Below are positions 12,371 through 24,951 of a stretch of 64,000 nt of DNA, piece by piece. Source of the DNA: Diadema antillarum (lineage: Eukaryota); the NCBI RefSeq assembly GCF_040938485.1, contig NW_027271172.1, forward strand, positions 4,712,001 to 4,776,000, given 5' to 3'. The notes beneath the pieces were generated by a model. The model was given only the letters and a program-made list of their open reading frames with translations. It was not told the origin of the DNA and ran no database searches. Each line of letters begins with the position of its first letter. Position 1 is the first letter of the stretch. The translations under genes and the position numbers were made by a program.

Positions 12371-13525
12371 TATAGGTATAACTTCTGTGAATCAAGGGGA
12401 ATGGCAGCTGAGGGCAGATAGGCCAAACTTGACGTCAGGAGATGGTATACACTGCAAAGGATGGGCAGCTCGCTGTCAACAATGAGGAAAAGTGCAAACA
12501 GAACAAGGCGCTAATTTTTTGAACACATTTCATCAGGCTGAGGTCATCACCCTTAAAAAGCAAGGGAAACATGAAGCAAGCAGTGTTTCAGAGCTGCACT
12601 CATGTATCTATAGGTATAACTATTTTCAATCAAGGGGAATGGCAGCTGAGGGCAGACAGGCCAAACTTGACGTCAGGAGGTGGTATACACTGCAAAGGGT
12701 GAGCAGCTCGCTGTCAACAATGAGGAAAAGTGCAAACAAAACAAGGCGCTGATTTTTTGAACACATTTCATCAGGCTGAGGTCATCACCCTTAAAAAGCA
12801 AGGGAAACATGAAGCAAGCAAAAAAAAAAATATAAAATAAAATATATTTGTTGAATAGTTATAATTGAAGTTTCTCCAGAAATTTAATCAGACAACGTAC
12901 ATATGATGTCTGCAATGTGTATTTTTTTCTACATATTTTCACACGTAGTTTGCCTGTTTTTATTTTTCTTGTTTTTTAATCGTCTTTTTTCCCCTCCATT
13001 TAAGTGTATCTTATAATGTACAAAAAAAAAAAATCTCAAGTGGGAGTCCAGCCGTAGAAAAGCCAATGGCCTCTGCTGGCTCCTCCATTTTCTCTCTTAG
13101 AATTTCCTCTTTGTTTTTCTCAATTTTTTTTTCTTCATTGTTCTTGTTTTTCTTGTACATGTATACTATTACCGAATGTAATGTTATTATCTTCACCTTG
13201 TTCTTTGTCACATGTATTTTAATGAGAATTTGGAAATAAATGAAATGAAAATGAAATGAAATGAAATGAAGCAGTGTTTCAGAGCTGCACTCATGTATCT
13301 ATAGGTATAACTATTTTCAATCAGGGGGAATGGCAGCTGAGGGCAGACAGGCCAAACTTGACGTCAGGAGATGGTATACACTGCAAAGGGTGAGCAGCTC
13401 GCTGTCAACAATGAGGAAAAGTGCAAACAGAACAAGGCGCTGATTTGTTAAACACATTTCATCAGGCTGAGGTCATCACCCGTACAAAGCAAGGGAAACA
13501 CGAAGCAAGCAGTGTTTCAGAGCTT
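12371..13525 (+). repeat. Three tandem copies of a 238-bp unit; the second copy is interrupted by a LINE tail
   Basis: tataggtataac...gaatggcagctgagggcaga... starts at 12371, 12609 and 13300. Confidence 0.9.
12821..13268 (+). mobile_element. LINE 3' UTR fragment with a (GAAAT)n tail
   Basis: Inserted between duplicated aagca (12816-12820 and 13269-13273). Ends aataaatgaaatgaaaatgaaatgaaatgaaatg. Confidence 0.65.
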
Positions 13526-15399
13526 TAACAAGTGCATGGGCAGTAACAATCTCGGCTACATCAAATTCATCCAAGTGTGATGATTACAATAATAGCACAT
13601 TGTGCTTTTCAAAGATATTGAAGAGTCCTCTGGATATTTCGCCCCTGATGAAATTCATTTATTTTGCAGTATTAGCACGGATAATGAGACACATCATCAT
13701 CCTTCACTGTTGTAATAATGAACATCGTTGAACTCAAAACTGCCAAGGTATACATGTATTGCGAAACATTTCATGTTTCTCGGTGGTCAAAAAAAAAAGT
13801 TCTTAGATAAGTACTGGTTAAAATTATGATGATGTTGATCTTGTTCATTGTAAAGCACCACCTGGGGGCAGATGAACCTGTGCTGTGGCAAGATGGCACT
13901 GAATTTGATTTATCAGCAAATAAACCACTTATTTATTGCATTCATGGGTCCAGGGGTGGCTCCTTCAGGTAGTTAAGAGATACGTAGTAAACCATATTTT
14001 CCAACAAGCTGCGTCTGTTTCACACTAGCATAAAGGATCAGTAGATACTGCTGTGGACCAAACTGCAGATTAGATTACTAATCAGTTGTACAAAGTTATA
14101 TAGGGAACAAAATGGCAAATCTATTTTTTGTTAATATGTTGTTTCCCAAATGACATTGTGGTATTGTAGCATGATTGTACACATTTCTAGGGCATTCATT
14201 TTTGCATACACTTTTGAGCAAAATCAACAGTTCTGCATGTTGGAACTATTTTTCAGTGTAACATTTGGTTACCATAAACTTAATAAAGGCATGTTTGTAT
14301 TGGTAGATCACAGCACAAGTATACAAATGCAGATAAGTTACATGTAGATAAGCTAACTGTATACCTGGTTGTATTGATATACGGATTATCAGCAGTAATG
14401 AACTATTGAAACTAGTAATTTTTTTTAGTAGTTAAATGTTAAGTATCATAACAATATGTAACACTTTGATTTACTCACCCCTTATTCTTTTGTAGGTGTA
14501 ACCAGTGTTTCATATTATGAGGAGTGTATGATCATGGCTCTGCTGTACTCAGCAAGGTGTGCATTCTCATTAACTGCCTTTTCATACTCGTAGCTATATC
14601 AAAGAAAAGAGGTACAATGTAGGGGTCCTACATATCTGTGAAAGTGCACACTGTCTTGTTCTTGGTAAATAGTGTACATTGCATAAGAGCATTCAGCATT
14701 ATGAAAACAATACAAGTACATGTATCTATTTTGGACAAACCTGTAAAGAGAGAGTGTGTGTTGTGTCTCCATCATGTCTTGTCATTAATCGCCCATCATC
14801 TAATATGATGGGGTGGGGGGGGGGTAGTTGAGGAGCAAGCTTAATATGCAATGCTCTATACGCCAAATATTTAGCAAGTATTTATCAAGACTTTGAGACA
14901 ATTGTGCAAGTAGTTAAATTCATGATTGTGGGGTGCACAGTACTGAATGTACAAATACAGTGTATATGTATGCAGATGCCTTCTCATGTCAGTGTCAGAG
15001 TTGATATTTTTGTGTGTTTATAAATTCATGGATACATGTAGCAGCTGTCTTGGGAAATTCATGAAGATAAATACCTTGCAGAATATTGAGAGTATACAGT
15101 AGCTTAATTTTAGTGTGGTATGGTGTATTATGTATAGCATCTAATGCATCATATTCATAATTCACATCTAAATTGAAAAAAAAAATGTCCTTCTAGTGCT
15201 TACAGCTACTTAAAAATACTTCTTGTGCAGCTCTAAGTTACCATCCTGACATGTGCCAAAATTTCTTCTGAATTTCCTAAGAACTGCAGATGAATTTAAA
15301 TCTACATTTTTAAACCTGATTTCACGGTCAAAGTGTGTTGTTTCCATTGCAATAGAATTTCAACTGTACTCTTGAAAAATGTGTCCAGCACAAATTTGC

Positions 15400-16210
15400 A
15401 CTGACTTTGCTATGTGTGTGTGTGTGTGTGTGTGTGTGTCTGTCTGTCTGTATACATGTGTGTAGTACCTTGTGAGTACCTGGTGAGTTTGGCTGCTGCA
15501 GTAACCGTGGCAACACGTGAGGTACAAACACACCCACAGCGTCTTGCATAACTACACCTATAGATCATTGTAGGCCCTACATACTGAGTTTGAAATAAAT
15601 TACTTAAACACTGGAAATAGTTCACTCCACAATGTTTGGGGGAAATTGTGGTTACCATGGCAAAGCTTTCTCCGACAAACGAACAAACGGACAAAAAAAT
15701 AATGTCTTGCATATTTACACCTTAATGTCATCATGTACACCATGTTTAAGTTCAATTGCCTCAAAATTGTGGAAGTAGTTCACTCCACAAGATTTTTCAC
15801 GAAAATATGTCGTTACCATGGCAACGCCTTGTAGGATACAAACACATACACCTATAGATCATTATACATACCAAATTTGAAATAAATTGCTCAAATACTG
15901 TTGAAGTACTCTCCACAAAGTTTTTGGAAAATTGTGGTTACCATGGCAACGCTTACTCCGACAAAACAAAAAACATGTCTTGCATATCTTCATCTCAATG
16001 TCATCATGTAACCAGTTTCATCGAAATTGCTTCGAAACTGTCGAAGGAGTTCACGACGCAAGATTTGCAACGGACCGTCCGACCTACCACAATCACACAT
16101 TTCATTAAAATGTCATTTGTACGGAACATTTTCTTCTTTTTTTTTACAAGAAATAAACAAATTTGGGAATTTGTCCCCAAGCATTTATATAAGCAGCCGC
16201 AATTATGAAA
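15400..16210. repeat. Interspersed repeat with a degenerate ~290-bp tandem core (gttaccatggcaac motif) and a (TG)n/(TCTG)n tract; HINE-like
   Basis: Repeated ctccaca...aaattgtggttaccatggcaa blocks at about 15626, 15782 and 15910. Confidence 0.4.
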
Positions 16211-16331
16211 TTTGCAATCTATTGCAAAATTTGCAACTTTTATCCCTGAGTCTATTGCAAAGTTGCAATTGATTAGCAAGAAGCATCTTTTCGATCAGTG
16301 TTTTAGAACGAACACTTGCTGTCGGGCGAAA

Positions 16332-16575
16332 GCTCGGTGGTCTATAAGATAATAACGCCTGTCCGGTGATCAGGAGGTCATATGTTCGCGGATCCTGCTC
16401 GAGTATTTGCGCCCATGATTTTTATCATGGCTACTACTAAAAACACTGATCAATTCAGGGCTTATTTACGTCGATGTAGGGCAATTTGTCAATCAGTTGC
16501 AATGAAAACATCTCGACGGAAGAATTTCATGACTTTAAAAGAACCTCTAGGAAGAGGTAATTTGTGTGTTCGGAT
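16332..16575 (+). mobile_element. tRNA-derived SINE copy
   Basis: tRNA-like head (gctcggtggtcta...gatcaggaggtcatatgttcgcggatcc) followed by a body shared with 27665-27905 (atcatggctac.actaaaa.cactgatcaattcag.gcttat...). Confidence 0.65.
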
Positions 16576-17265
16576 TAACGAACCTTCGGAATAACGAACA
16601 GCACCCGATTTGGTACGCATGCCCCTGAAAGATGAATTTCTGGCCAGCACGCTCCCCAAAGAGTTGGAAAGGTGGATTTTGCAAGTGCAGGAATTGTAAT
16701 GAATCTAGTTACTGGAGTATCAATAATTTGCCAGTTTACAGAGTTAGTGCATGTCTACAATGACCCTGCACCACAGACTTGTAAACATGAAAAGGTGTTT
16801 TTTTTTTTGTTTTTTTTTTTTTTGCTGAAGGATTCATGTGCCATCTTTCTAATCACCATAAAGAGGATCTGCTTTGTCAAACAATGTTGATGAATCAATT
16901 TCACATGTACGTTCCATCAGGTATTCAACCTAGCATAGCTTCACATTTTTGGTGGAGCATGCCTGAGGATTCTCTCCATTTTGAAGTTGATAAGTAAATG
17001 GCATTATTCTCAAATGACCTTTACACATTCGCAAACTTCCGTAAAGCTGTAAAATGCTTAGAGATGATTTAGGTGCTGTACAACGTAAATGAAATGAAAA
17101 CATTATTATAAGATATTGTATGTTGATACCTATATATGCACGTTAAGAATAGTATTGTGGATGTTGCCCCCGAAACTGGGGGAGCTCTTCCTCCACCCCC
17201 CCCCCCCCCATACAATAGCTTTCTTGATACTAAAAACTTTCATCGGCTGGGGATGATGAATAATC

Positions 17266-18179
17266 AAATGACTGAGCTTCAACCAACCTTGAATTGAAGA
17301 GGGCAAGCTTTCGTCCTCTCATGAGGACTTTCTCAAGCCTTATGCAGTGGAATGTTGTCTTGCTGCCGTTGCCTGTCTTTATTAATCACTGGACCATAGA
17401 TTGGTGAAAGGGTATAGCCCGAGTCTCTGTTGAGAGCTGGATTGACCCTTCTGATCCAAAGTGCTTCCTTTATTTTTCTTTTCAACCAGTTGCTTTCAAA
17501 GTCAATGATACGCGCCTCATCCCATTCTATGTTGTGTCCTGTGTTGTAAGAGTGCTCAGCTATCGCCGAGTGTGATGGATTGTTTAGTCTCAGTGCCCTT
17601 TTGTGTTCCTTGAGTCTCTCGTTCAAGGTTCTGCTGGTTTCCCCGATGTAACAATCATGGCGATCAGCACAAGTGATCTTATATACAATGCCTGACCTTA
17701 TTTGCCTTGGGACTTTGTATTTAGCATGGACTAGTCTACTTCTCAGGGTATTAGAGCTCTTGAATGCAATATCAACGTCCTTGCTGTGGAATGCTCTTTT
17801 CAGACGGGAGGATATCGTGTTTACGAAGGGGAGGACTACCCTATTGCTAGTCTCCTTTCTTCCCTTTGTGGGTGACTTAGTTCTTGTTTTGTCCTTGGCT
17901 TTTTGTCTCATCCAAGCTGGGTATCCACATGCTGCAAGGGCCTTGTCAATATGGTGGAATTCACTCTGTAGTGCATCATTGTCAGAGGTTACATTTCGAG
18001 CTCTCAAATACAAAGATCTAGCAACTCCCTCCTTTGTGTTAAGTGGATGATCCGAATCGAAGTTCAAATAGGAGTCAGTGTGGGTTGGTTTCCTGTACAC
18101 AGTGATAAGAACTGAAAGGTCGTGGTTGACAGAGAACTTTGTGTCGTTTAATTCAAGGTTGGTTGAAGCTCAGTCATTT
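17266..18179 (-). mobile_element. Penelope-like element (PLE), 5'-truncated: RT C-terminus plus GIY-YIG endonuclease, hammerhead motif, and 30-bp inverted ends
   Basis: ORF 17333-18100: VYRKPTHTDSYLNFDSDHP, GIVYKITC...CYIGETSRTLNERLKEH, KIKEALWI, LNRDSG. Confidence 0.92.
17302..17339 (-). ncRNA. Minimal type I hammerhead ribozyme motif (PLE variant core UUGANAA)
   Basis: Minus strand GGC-UUGAGAA-A-GUCCUC-AUGA-GAGGAC-GAA-AGCU-U-GCC: 6-bp stem II, palindromic stem III (AGCU), 3-bp stem I. Confidence 0.7.
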
Positions 18180-18463
18180 AATTAATAGCTTTCTTTTCAA
18201 TTGTGGGGATATCAATAGAATACTTGAATGGATTCTTTTATTCAGACAGGCACAATAGCTGTATAATCCAAGCCAATCTAATTTATAACTAAATTTCGGG
18301 AAAATGAACTCCAGCCTCCTGTCCTACATTTGGACATTTTCACGCTTAGTTGTGTATTATTCCTTATTTCATCTTTATAATGTAATCTCCGTAAGTTTGA
18401 AAGGAAATACTACCTTCATGTGAAGTTTTTCTTATTCAAGTCCTTAATTTGTTGAATTACAAA

Positions 18464-18479
18464 CCACTAGAGGGCAGCA
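18464..18479 (+). promoter_or_regulatory. CTCF-consensus motif
   Basis: ccactagagggcagca matches the CCASYAGRKGGCRS consensus. Motif match only. Confidence 0.4.
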
Positions 18480-18535
18480 GGGGGGGGGGGGGATGATCGG
18501 CGATAGTCACCATCACCACGATTACAAGCCCATAA

Positions 18536-18580
18536 TCGGACCGGCGCAGCCCTTGGGGGGGGGGGGGGGGGGAAGCTTAA

Positions 18581-18611
<31 letters not shown>

Positions 18612-20280
18612 TTATGTACAGGGATCAATGTCCCACTCTTTTCCATGCAAAGTGGGAGGGAAGTGGTAGCAAAAATATGAAGACTTTTTGTTCTTGTTTT
18701 TGTTTGTTTGTTTGTTTGCCTGTTTGTTTTTGGTTGTCAGCCGACTTTCGGCGGAAAATCAGACCTTAAAAGTATGAAGACTTTTTTTGCTGTTGTTTCT
18801 CTTGTCTTGTGTTGTTCTTTCTTCTTGATTGACAGGTGATTTTGCCACCCCCCCCTTTCAAAAACGTGAATAATGCCCAAATAAATTCAATAAAATGCTA
18901 ATATGGATATCCATTTCTTTGTATGTAATAACGCAGTGGATATTTTCCTGTAGCTATTGATTGTATTCTTCAATTTTTTTATTTAAGTCAATAAAGCAAT
19001 CATCCCAGGGGCATCGTTCCGTTTTAATGATGGGGGTGGGGGAGGGACTTTGAGTTTGAATATCTGTGCGAGGGAGCGGAGCGGCCTAGCGGTTGGAGGG
19101 TGTGGGAGGGGGGTATCCCCCTCCCACACGAGGAAAATTTGGCATTTTCAGACCTGAAATTCAGCGATCTGGTGCACACTTTTGGTGAGATTTGGGATTT
19201 TTTTCCTATCATAAAACAAGTAAGAAAAAGAAATATTCATAGATAATTGAATGACTACATGGTGGTATTTTAGCTCTTGGTCCGCCTGTGCGACATCACT
19301 CTGAAGGCCTACTAAATAGTGGGGCCTATCACCGGCGTAGCCAGGATTTGAGCTTAGGAGGAGCGGTTAGATGCGAGGGAGCGATGCGAGCAAGGGGGGA
19401 GGGTGTGGGAGGGGGGTTTCCCCCTCCCACAGTGAGAACTTTTTGCAGAGTTGTAAATGGTGCAATTTGATGCATTTTTTGCGTGTTTTATCGACTTGAA
19501 ACAGTCCAACATGTTTAAGGTAGCAGTACATTTTATGTATTATTATTGAACAAAATTTTGCCTATAAAATGGTATCATTTAGATAAATCATGAATGCGAT
19601 CATGAATTTTGACATTGTACAGTCCCAAAACGGCTGTTTGTAGCTATATTTTTTCGCTTAGGAAATTAAGGGGGTGGGGGCGCACCGGGCGCAACTGCTG
19701 GCAATTACTGGCAGCAACATTAGGAGTGCCGCGAGCTAGCTTGAAAATTTTGCAGTCCTAAAACTGCCGTTTGTAGCTACATTTTTTCGCTTTGGAAATT
19801 AAGGGGGAGCCAGGTGTGCTCCTCCCCCCCCCCCCCGGATCTGCCACTGGTAGTCAAGGGTGACGGTTTATGTTCATGATTGGGGGAGGTATGACCAGCG
19901 AGGTGACGTTGAAGTGACCAAGCGGGGGAAGGATGTCCAAAATCTGCATGCACTTTAGAGCATCCCCTTATTGTTTGTGTTTGTGTGTGTGTGTGTGTTT
20001 CATATGCATGAAAAAGTTAGGAAATAGCCCAGGTCAAGTCTTATCATTGACAATGCAAGACATTTTAATATAGACAAGTATGTAAAGCAACACTGCAAAA
20101 TCAATGATCTAGCTTTGATTGTTTGATGTAACGAAGCGTAAGGTACAAAGGTGTACATTCTACATTACATTGTGCAACATTACAATTGCAGCGACTCTTT
20201 TTTGCCGTTCGGATGTTCTGAGTACACTGCGCACATCCTGCTTATATTCCGAATGCCAACTAGGAATCACGCTGAATCAA
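18536..20280. repeat. Cluster of GC-rich short interspersed MITE-like repeats with gtgggagggg/cccctcccac hairpins
   Basis: Several related fragments (19020-19200, 19330-19620, 19790-19850) share the motifs of the adjacent satellite. Confidence 0.55.
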
Positions 20281-22520
20281 CGGCGTAGCCAGGATTTCAT
20301 CTTAGGGGGGGCGGTTAGTCTGCGAGGGAGCGAAGCGACCGAGCCCGAGCGAGCGGAGCGAGCGAGGGGGGGGGGGGGAGGGTGTGGGAGGGGGGTATCC
20401 CCCCTGCCACGGTGAGAACTTTTTGCATTTTGATGTTGTAAATGGTGCAATTTGATGCATGCTTTTGCGCGTTTTATCGACGTGAAACAGTCCCACTTGT
20501 TTAAGGTAGCAGTTTATTTTGATGTAGATTATTATTGAACAATTTGCCTATAAAATGGTATAATTCAAATACACTTCTTGTATTAATTCTTTTCACTGAA
20601 TATCATGAACGCGACTGAACCCGAGCAAGCGGAGCGAGCGAGGGGGAGGGGAGGGTGTGGGAGGGGGTGACCCCCTCCCACGGTGAGAACTTTTTGCATT
20701 TTGATGTTGCAAATGATGCAGTTTGATGCATGTTTTTGCGCGTTTTATCGACGTGAAACAGTAACATTAGTGTAAGGTAGCAGTTTATTTTGATGTAGAT
20801 TATTATTGAACAATTTGCCTATACAATGGTATATAAAAATAATCTTCTTGTATTAATTCTTTTCACTGAATATCATGAACGCGACTGAACCCGAGCGAGC
20901 GGAGCGAACGAAGGAGGAGGGGGAGGGTGTGGGAGGGGGTGTACCCCCTCCCACGGTGAGAACTTTTTGCATTTTGATGTTGTAAATGGTGCAACTTGAT
21001 GCATGTTTTTGCGTGTTTTAACGAGTTGAAACAGTCCCACTTGTTTAAGGTTGCAGTATATTTTGATGTAGATTATCATTGAACAATTTGCCTATAATAT
21101 GGTATGATTTAAATACACTTCTTGTATTAATTCTTTTCACTGAATATCATGAACGCGACTGAACCCGAGCAAGCGGAGCGAGCGAAGGGAGAGGGGAGGG
21201 TGTGGGAGGGGGTGTCCCCCCTCCCACGGTGAGAACTTTTAGCATTTTGATGTTGCAAATGATGCAATTTGATGCATGTTTTTGCGCGTTTTATCGACGT
21301 GAAACAGTAACATTAGTGTAAGGCAGCAGTATATTTTGATGTAGATTATCATTGAACAATTTGCCTATAATATGGTATGATTTAAATACACTTCTTGTAT
21401 TAATTCTTTTCACTGAATATCATGAACGCGACTGAACCCGAGCAAGCGGAGCGAGCGAAGGGAGAGGGGAGGGTGTGGGAGGGGGTGTCCCCCCTCCCAC
21501 GGTGAGAACTTTTTGCATTTTGATGTTGCAAATGATGCAGTTTGATGCATGTTTTTGCGCGTTTTATCGACGTGAAACAGTAACATTAGTGTAAGGTAGC
21601 AGTATATTTTGATGTAGATTATTATTGAACAATTTGCATATAGGACCTAAAATGGTATCAATTTGAATAATCTTCTTGTATTAATTCTTTTCACTGAATA
21701 TCATGAACGCGACTAAACCCGAGCGAGCGGAGCGAGCGAAGGGGGAGGGGGAGGGTGTGGGAGGGGGTGTCCCCCCTCCCACGGTGAGAACTTTTTGCAT
21801 TTTGATGTTGCAATGGTGCAATTTGATGCATGTTTTTTCGCGTTTTATCGACGTGAAACAGTAACATTAGTGTAAGGCAGCAGTATATTTTGATGTAGAT
21901 TATCATTGAACAATTTGCCTATAATATGGTATGATTTAAATACACTTCTTGTATTAATTCTTTTCACACTGAAAATCATGAACGCGACTGAACCCGAGCA
22001 AGCGGAGCGAGCGAAGGGAGAGGGGAGGGTGTGGGAGGGGGTGTCCCCCCTCCCACGGTGAGAACTTTTTGCATTTTGATGTTGCAAATGATGCAGTTTG
22101 ATGCATGTTTTTGCACGTTTTATCGACGTGAAACAGTAACATTAGTGTAAGGTAGCAGTTTATTTTGATGTAGATTATCATTGAACAATTTGCCTATAAA
22201 ATGGTATCATTAAAATAATCTTCTTGTATTAATTCTTTTCACTGAATATCATGAACGCGACTGAACCCGAGCGAGCGGAGCGAGCGAAGGAGGAGGGGGA
22301 GGGTGTGGGAGGGGGTGTACCCCCTCCCACGGTGAGAACTTTTTGCATTTTGATGTTGCAAATGGTGCAACTTGATGCATGCTTTTGCGTGTTTTAACGA
22401 GTTGAAACAGTCCCACTTGTTTAAGGTTGCAGTATATTTTGATGTAGATTATCATTGAACAATTTGCCTATATTTAAATACACTTCTTGTATTAATTCTT
22501 ACACTGAATATCATGAACGC
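20281..22520 (+). repeat. Tandem satellite of ~262-281-bp units (about 8 copies) derived from a MITE
   Basis: tgaa(t/a)atcatgaacgc recurs at 20597, 20867, 21141, 21414, 21695, 21970, 22243 and 22505. Confidence 0.92.
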
Positions 22521-22539
22521 TGTCTGTTCAGCAATCAAA

Positions 22540-24940
22540 CAGAAAAAGCATGCACACGAGGTTGTAGATAGGGGCATATCCCCTCCCACACGAAGGGGAT
22601 TTTGCGTTTTCAGACCTGAAATTCAGCGATCTGGTGCAAATTTTTGGTGCAATACTTTTTCATCGAAGTGTTAAAATCACGGAATTTAGCTCTTATTCCG
22701 AATGTGCACCATCTGTGTGTCAGTGTATAAAGTCTAGTGAGGTAGAGCTTAGGGGAAGGGGAATTCCGCCTCCCGCTCGCGGAGCTTTTGCGTTTTTAGA
22801 ATTGAAATAAAGCGATCTGGGTATAGCCACAGTCTACTTCTATGGCGGAAGGGGGGGGGGGGAGGAGGGGCGGGTGAGCAGGGAGAAGGCGTGGACGAGT
22901 GTTATCTCCACCTTTCCCTTCCGATGGAGCTTTTGCCTTTTTAAGATTGAAATTGAGATATCTCGTATACGCATATTTGATGGAATCAACATTTGGGAAA
23001 TCAAAAAAAAAAAAAAAAACCTGATGGGGGAGGGGACCGAGGGAGGAAAGGGTCGATTAAAAGGGGAAATTCCCCTTATACATGAGGGAACCTTGAGTTT
23101 TTGGAAGGTATGTGATAAGTCTTGTGCACTCAGAATTATTCATAATTTTTTTGTAAATCTAAAAAGTGTACTAAGCTAGGGAAAGAGGCACAGAGGGGGA
23201 GGGTTTGGGAGGGGGATACCCCCTCCCAAGCACGAGAGATTTTGCATATTTTGAACTGAAATTCAACGATCTGGTGCACACTTTGAGTGAAATATTCAAA
23301 TAAATATCTTATTTGATGAAAGGTTGCAAAGGAGACCCGCTTCATGTGCATGCATACAGTATACACGCATTTTTTTTTTCCGCCTCCCAAATCCCCGGTC
23401 CAAATCTTAGGGGGGGCGATCGCCCCCATCGCCCCCCCCCCTGGCTACGCCAGTGAATCACAATCTTTTGTCGGCTCCGGGCTTTTTGAACAATGTTTCA
23501 CAGTATATACCTCTTTAATTATGGTTAAAAGAAATCTCAGAAAAATATCTTATTTCTTGATCACCCTTTCATGTCGATTTGAAAAGCAGTTTACTAAACC
23601 CTTGAATTACCATTTTAGTAAGTCTTCTTTTTTTTTTTACCAGCGGATGGGGGTGGGGGGGGGGGGGCACATGCCCTTGCATACGAGGGTGCTTTTGCAT
23701 TTTTAGAATTCAGATGAAAATATCTCGTAAACACATTTATGATGTAATTTGGGGAAATTTCAATCCCAGAAGTGTATACTATTGTTAGGGGGGGGGGGGA
23801 CCCTCCGTTAATTGAAAGTATCTAGATATCTCCTCCCATCCTAGGAACATTTGCATTTCTTTAAACTGAAGAAACAGACCTGGTGCACACTTTAGATGAA
23901 ACATTTTGAAATCTGTCAATCTAAAGTGTAATAAGTAGAAATGACTGAACGGGGAGGGTATGGGAGGGGTTAGGCCTAACCTCTCTTACGCGAGGGAGAT
24001 TTTGTATTTTCAGAATTGAAATTCAGCCATCTTTGGGTGAAATATTTAGACAGTTTTCTATCAAAAAAGTAAAAACATTTCCACATCTCGGGAGTTACGA
24101 GGAGGAGTAAAATGATATGTTTGTCCCCAATGCTTTTATGGGGGAACCATCCCCCTCCCCCTCCATCGACGCCTCTGCATATGTGAGGGAACTTTTGTAA
24201 GTGAAAGATCTGCTGTACGCTCTTTAATGAAATATAAGGAAATACGTCAATCTCAAAAGTGTACATAGTCTATCGAAAGGGACCCAGTAGCGGAGCTTTT
24301 GCATATTTATGATTGCAATTCAGCGATCCGGTGCATAAATCTGGCGGTAGTTGTACAATTTTCCATAAAGAAAGTTCGACATTTGTCCTCATCTCGGGAA
24401 TTGCTTGGGGGACAAATGATTTGTCTGCCCCCAACATTTCCATAGGGGCGGGGCAAATGGCCCTTTGCCCCCCCCCCCCCTAGATTCGACGCCCCTGATC
24501 ATCCCTGGGTATGCCCATAGATGTATCAGAGTCATCATCGTTTCAGGAATGATTCAGGAAATGGAGGGGGGGGGGTTCATGGCGGTATAGTTTTTGCTAT
24601 TGTTTGTTTGTTTTCGTACATAATTTGCAGATGGTCCCGAGTTGCTCGCTTCATAGCATGTTTACATGTAAGCCTATGCTATTTGGCGTTGTCATCGTCT
24701 GGACCATACCATATGTCGATATTACTTTCGCGAGCGAGCGTTTGAGAAAATGATGTATACATTATCCTACAAGATAGAATGCTGTTCAGCTCTTTTACCT
24801 GTCTGAAGGCGGGCGTACGAACGTCATGCAATATGCCGAAATTGATACAATCACATTTCTGCTTCCTCCATTTTTTTCTCAAATTTCAGGGGGGATATAT
24901 CCCCCCCATCCCCCCCCCCCCCGGATTTACGCCCATGTAT
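22540..24940. repeat. Further cluster of GC-rich MITE-like repeats (poly-G/poly-C, gaaattcagcgatctggtgca motif)
   Basis: The motif recurs at about 22620, 23260, 23870 and 24315. Confidence 0.5.
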
Positions 24941-24951
24941 GAGATTATGCG

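Noticed and set aside
16332-16405. tRNA genes (also about 27850-27905 and 42880-42940)
   Set aside because: No closable cloverleaf; the first two are attached to a shared SINE body, and the third is a degenerate B-box-containing fragment inside a repeat.
16640-17040. Cys-containing fragments suggesting a decayed zinc-finger or LINE C-terminus
   Set aside because: Multiple stops in all frames and no motif I can support.
20119-22455. Family of short repeated ORFs (MIIYIKIY...)
   Set aside because: They are translations of the 273-bp satellite with non-ATG starts and variable frames.
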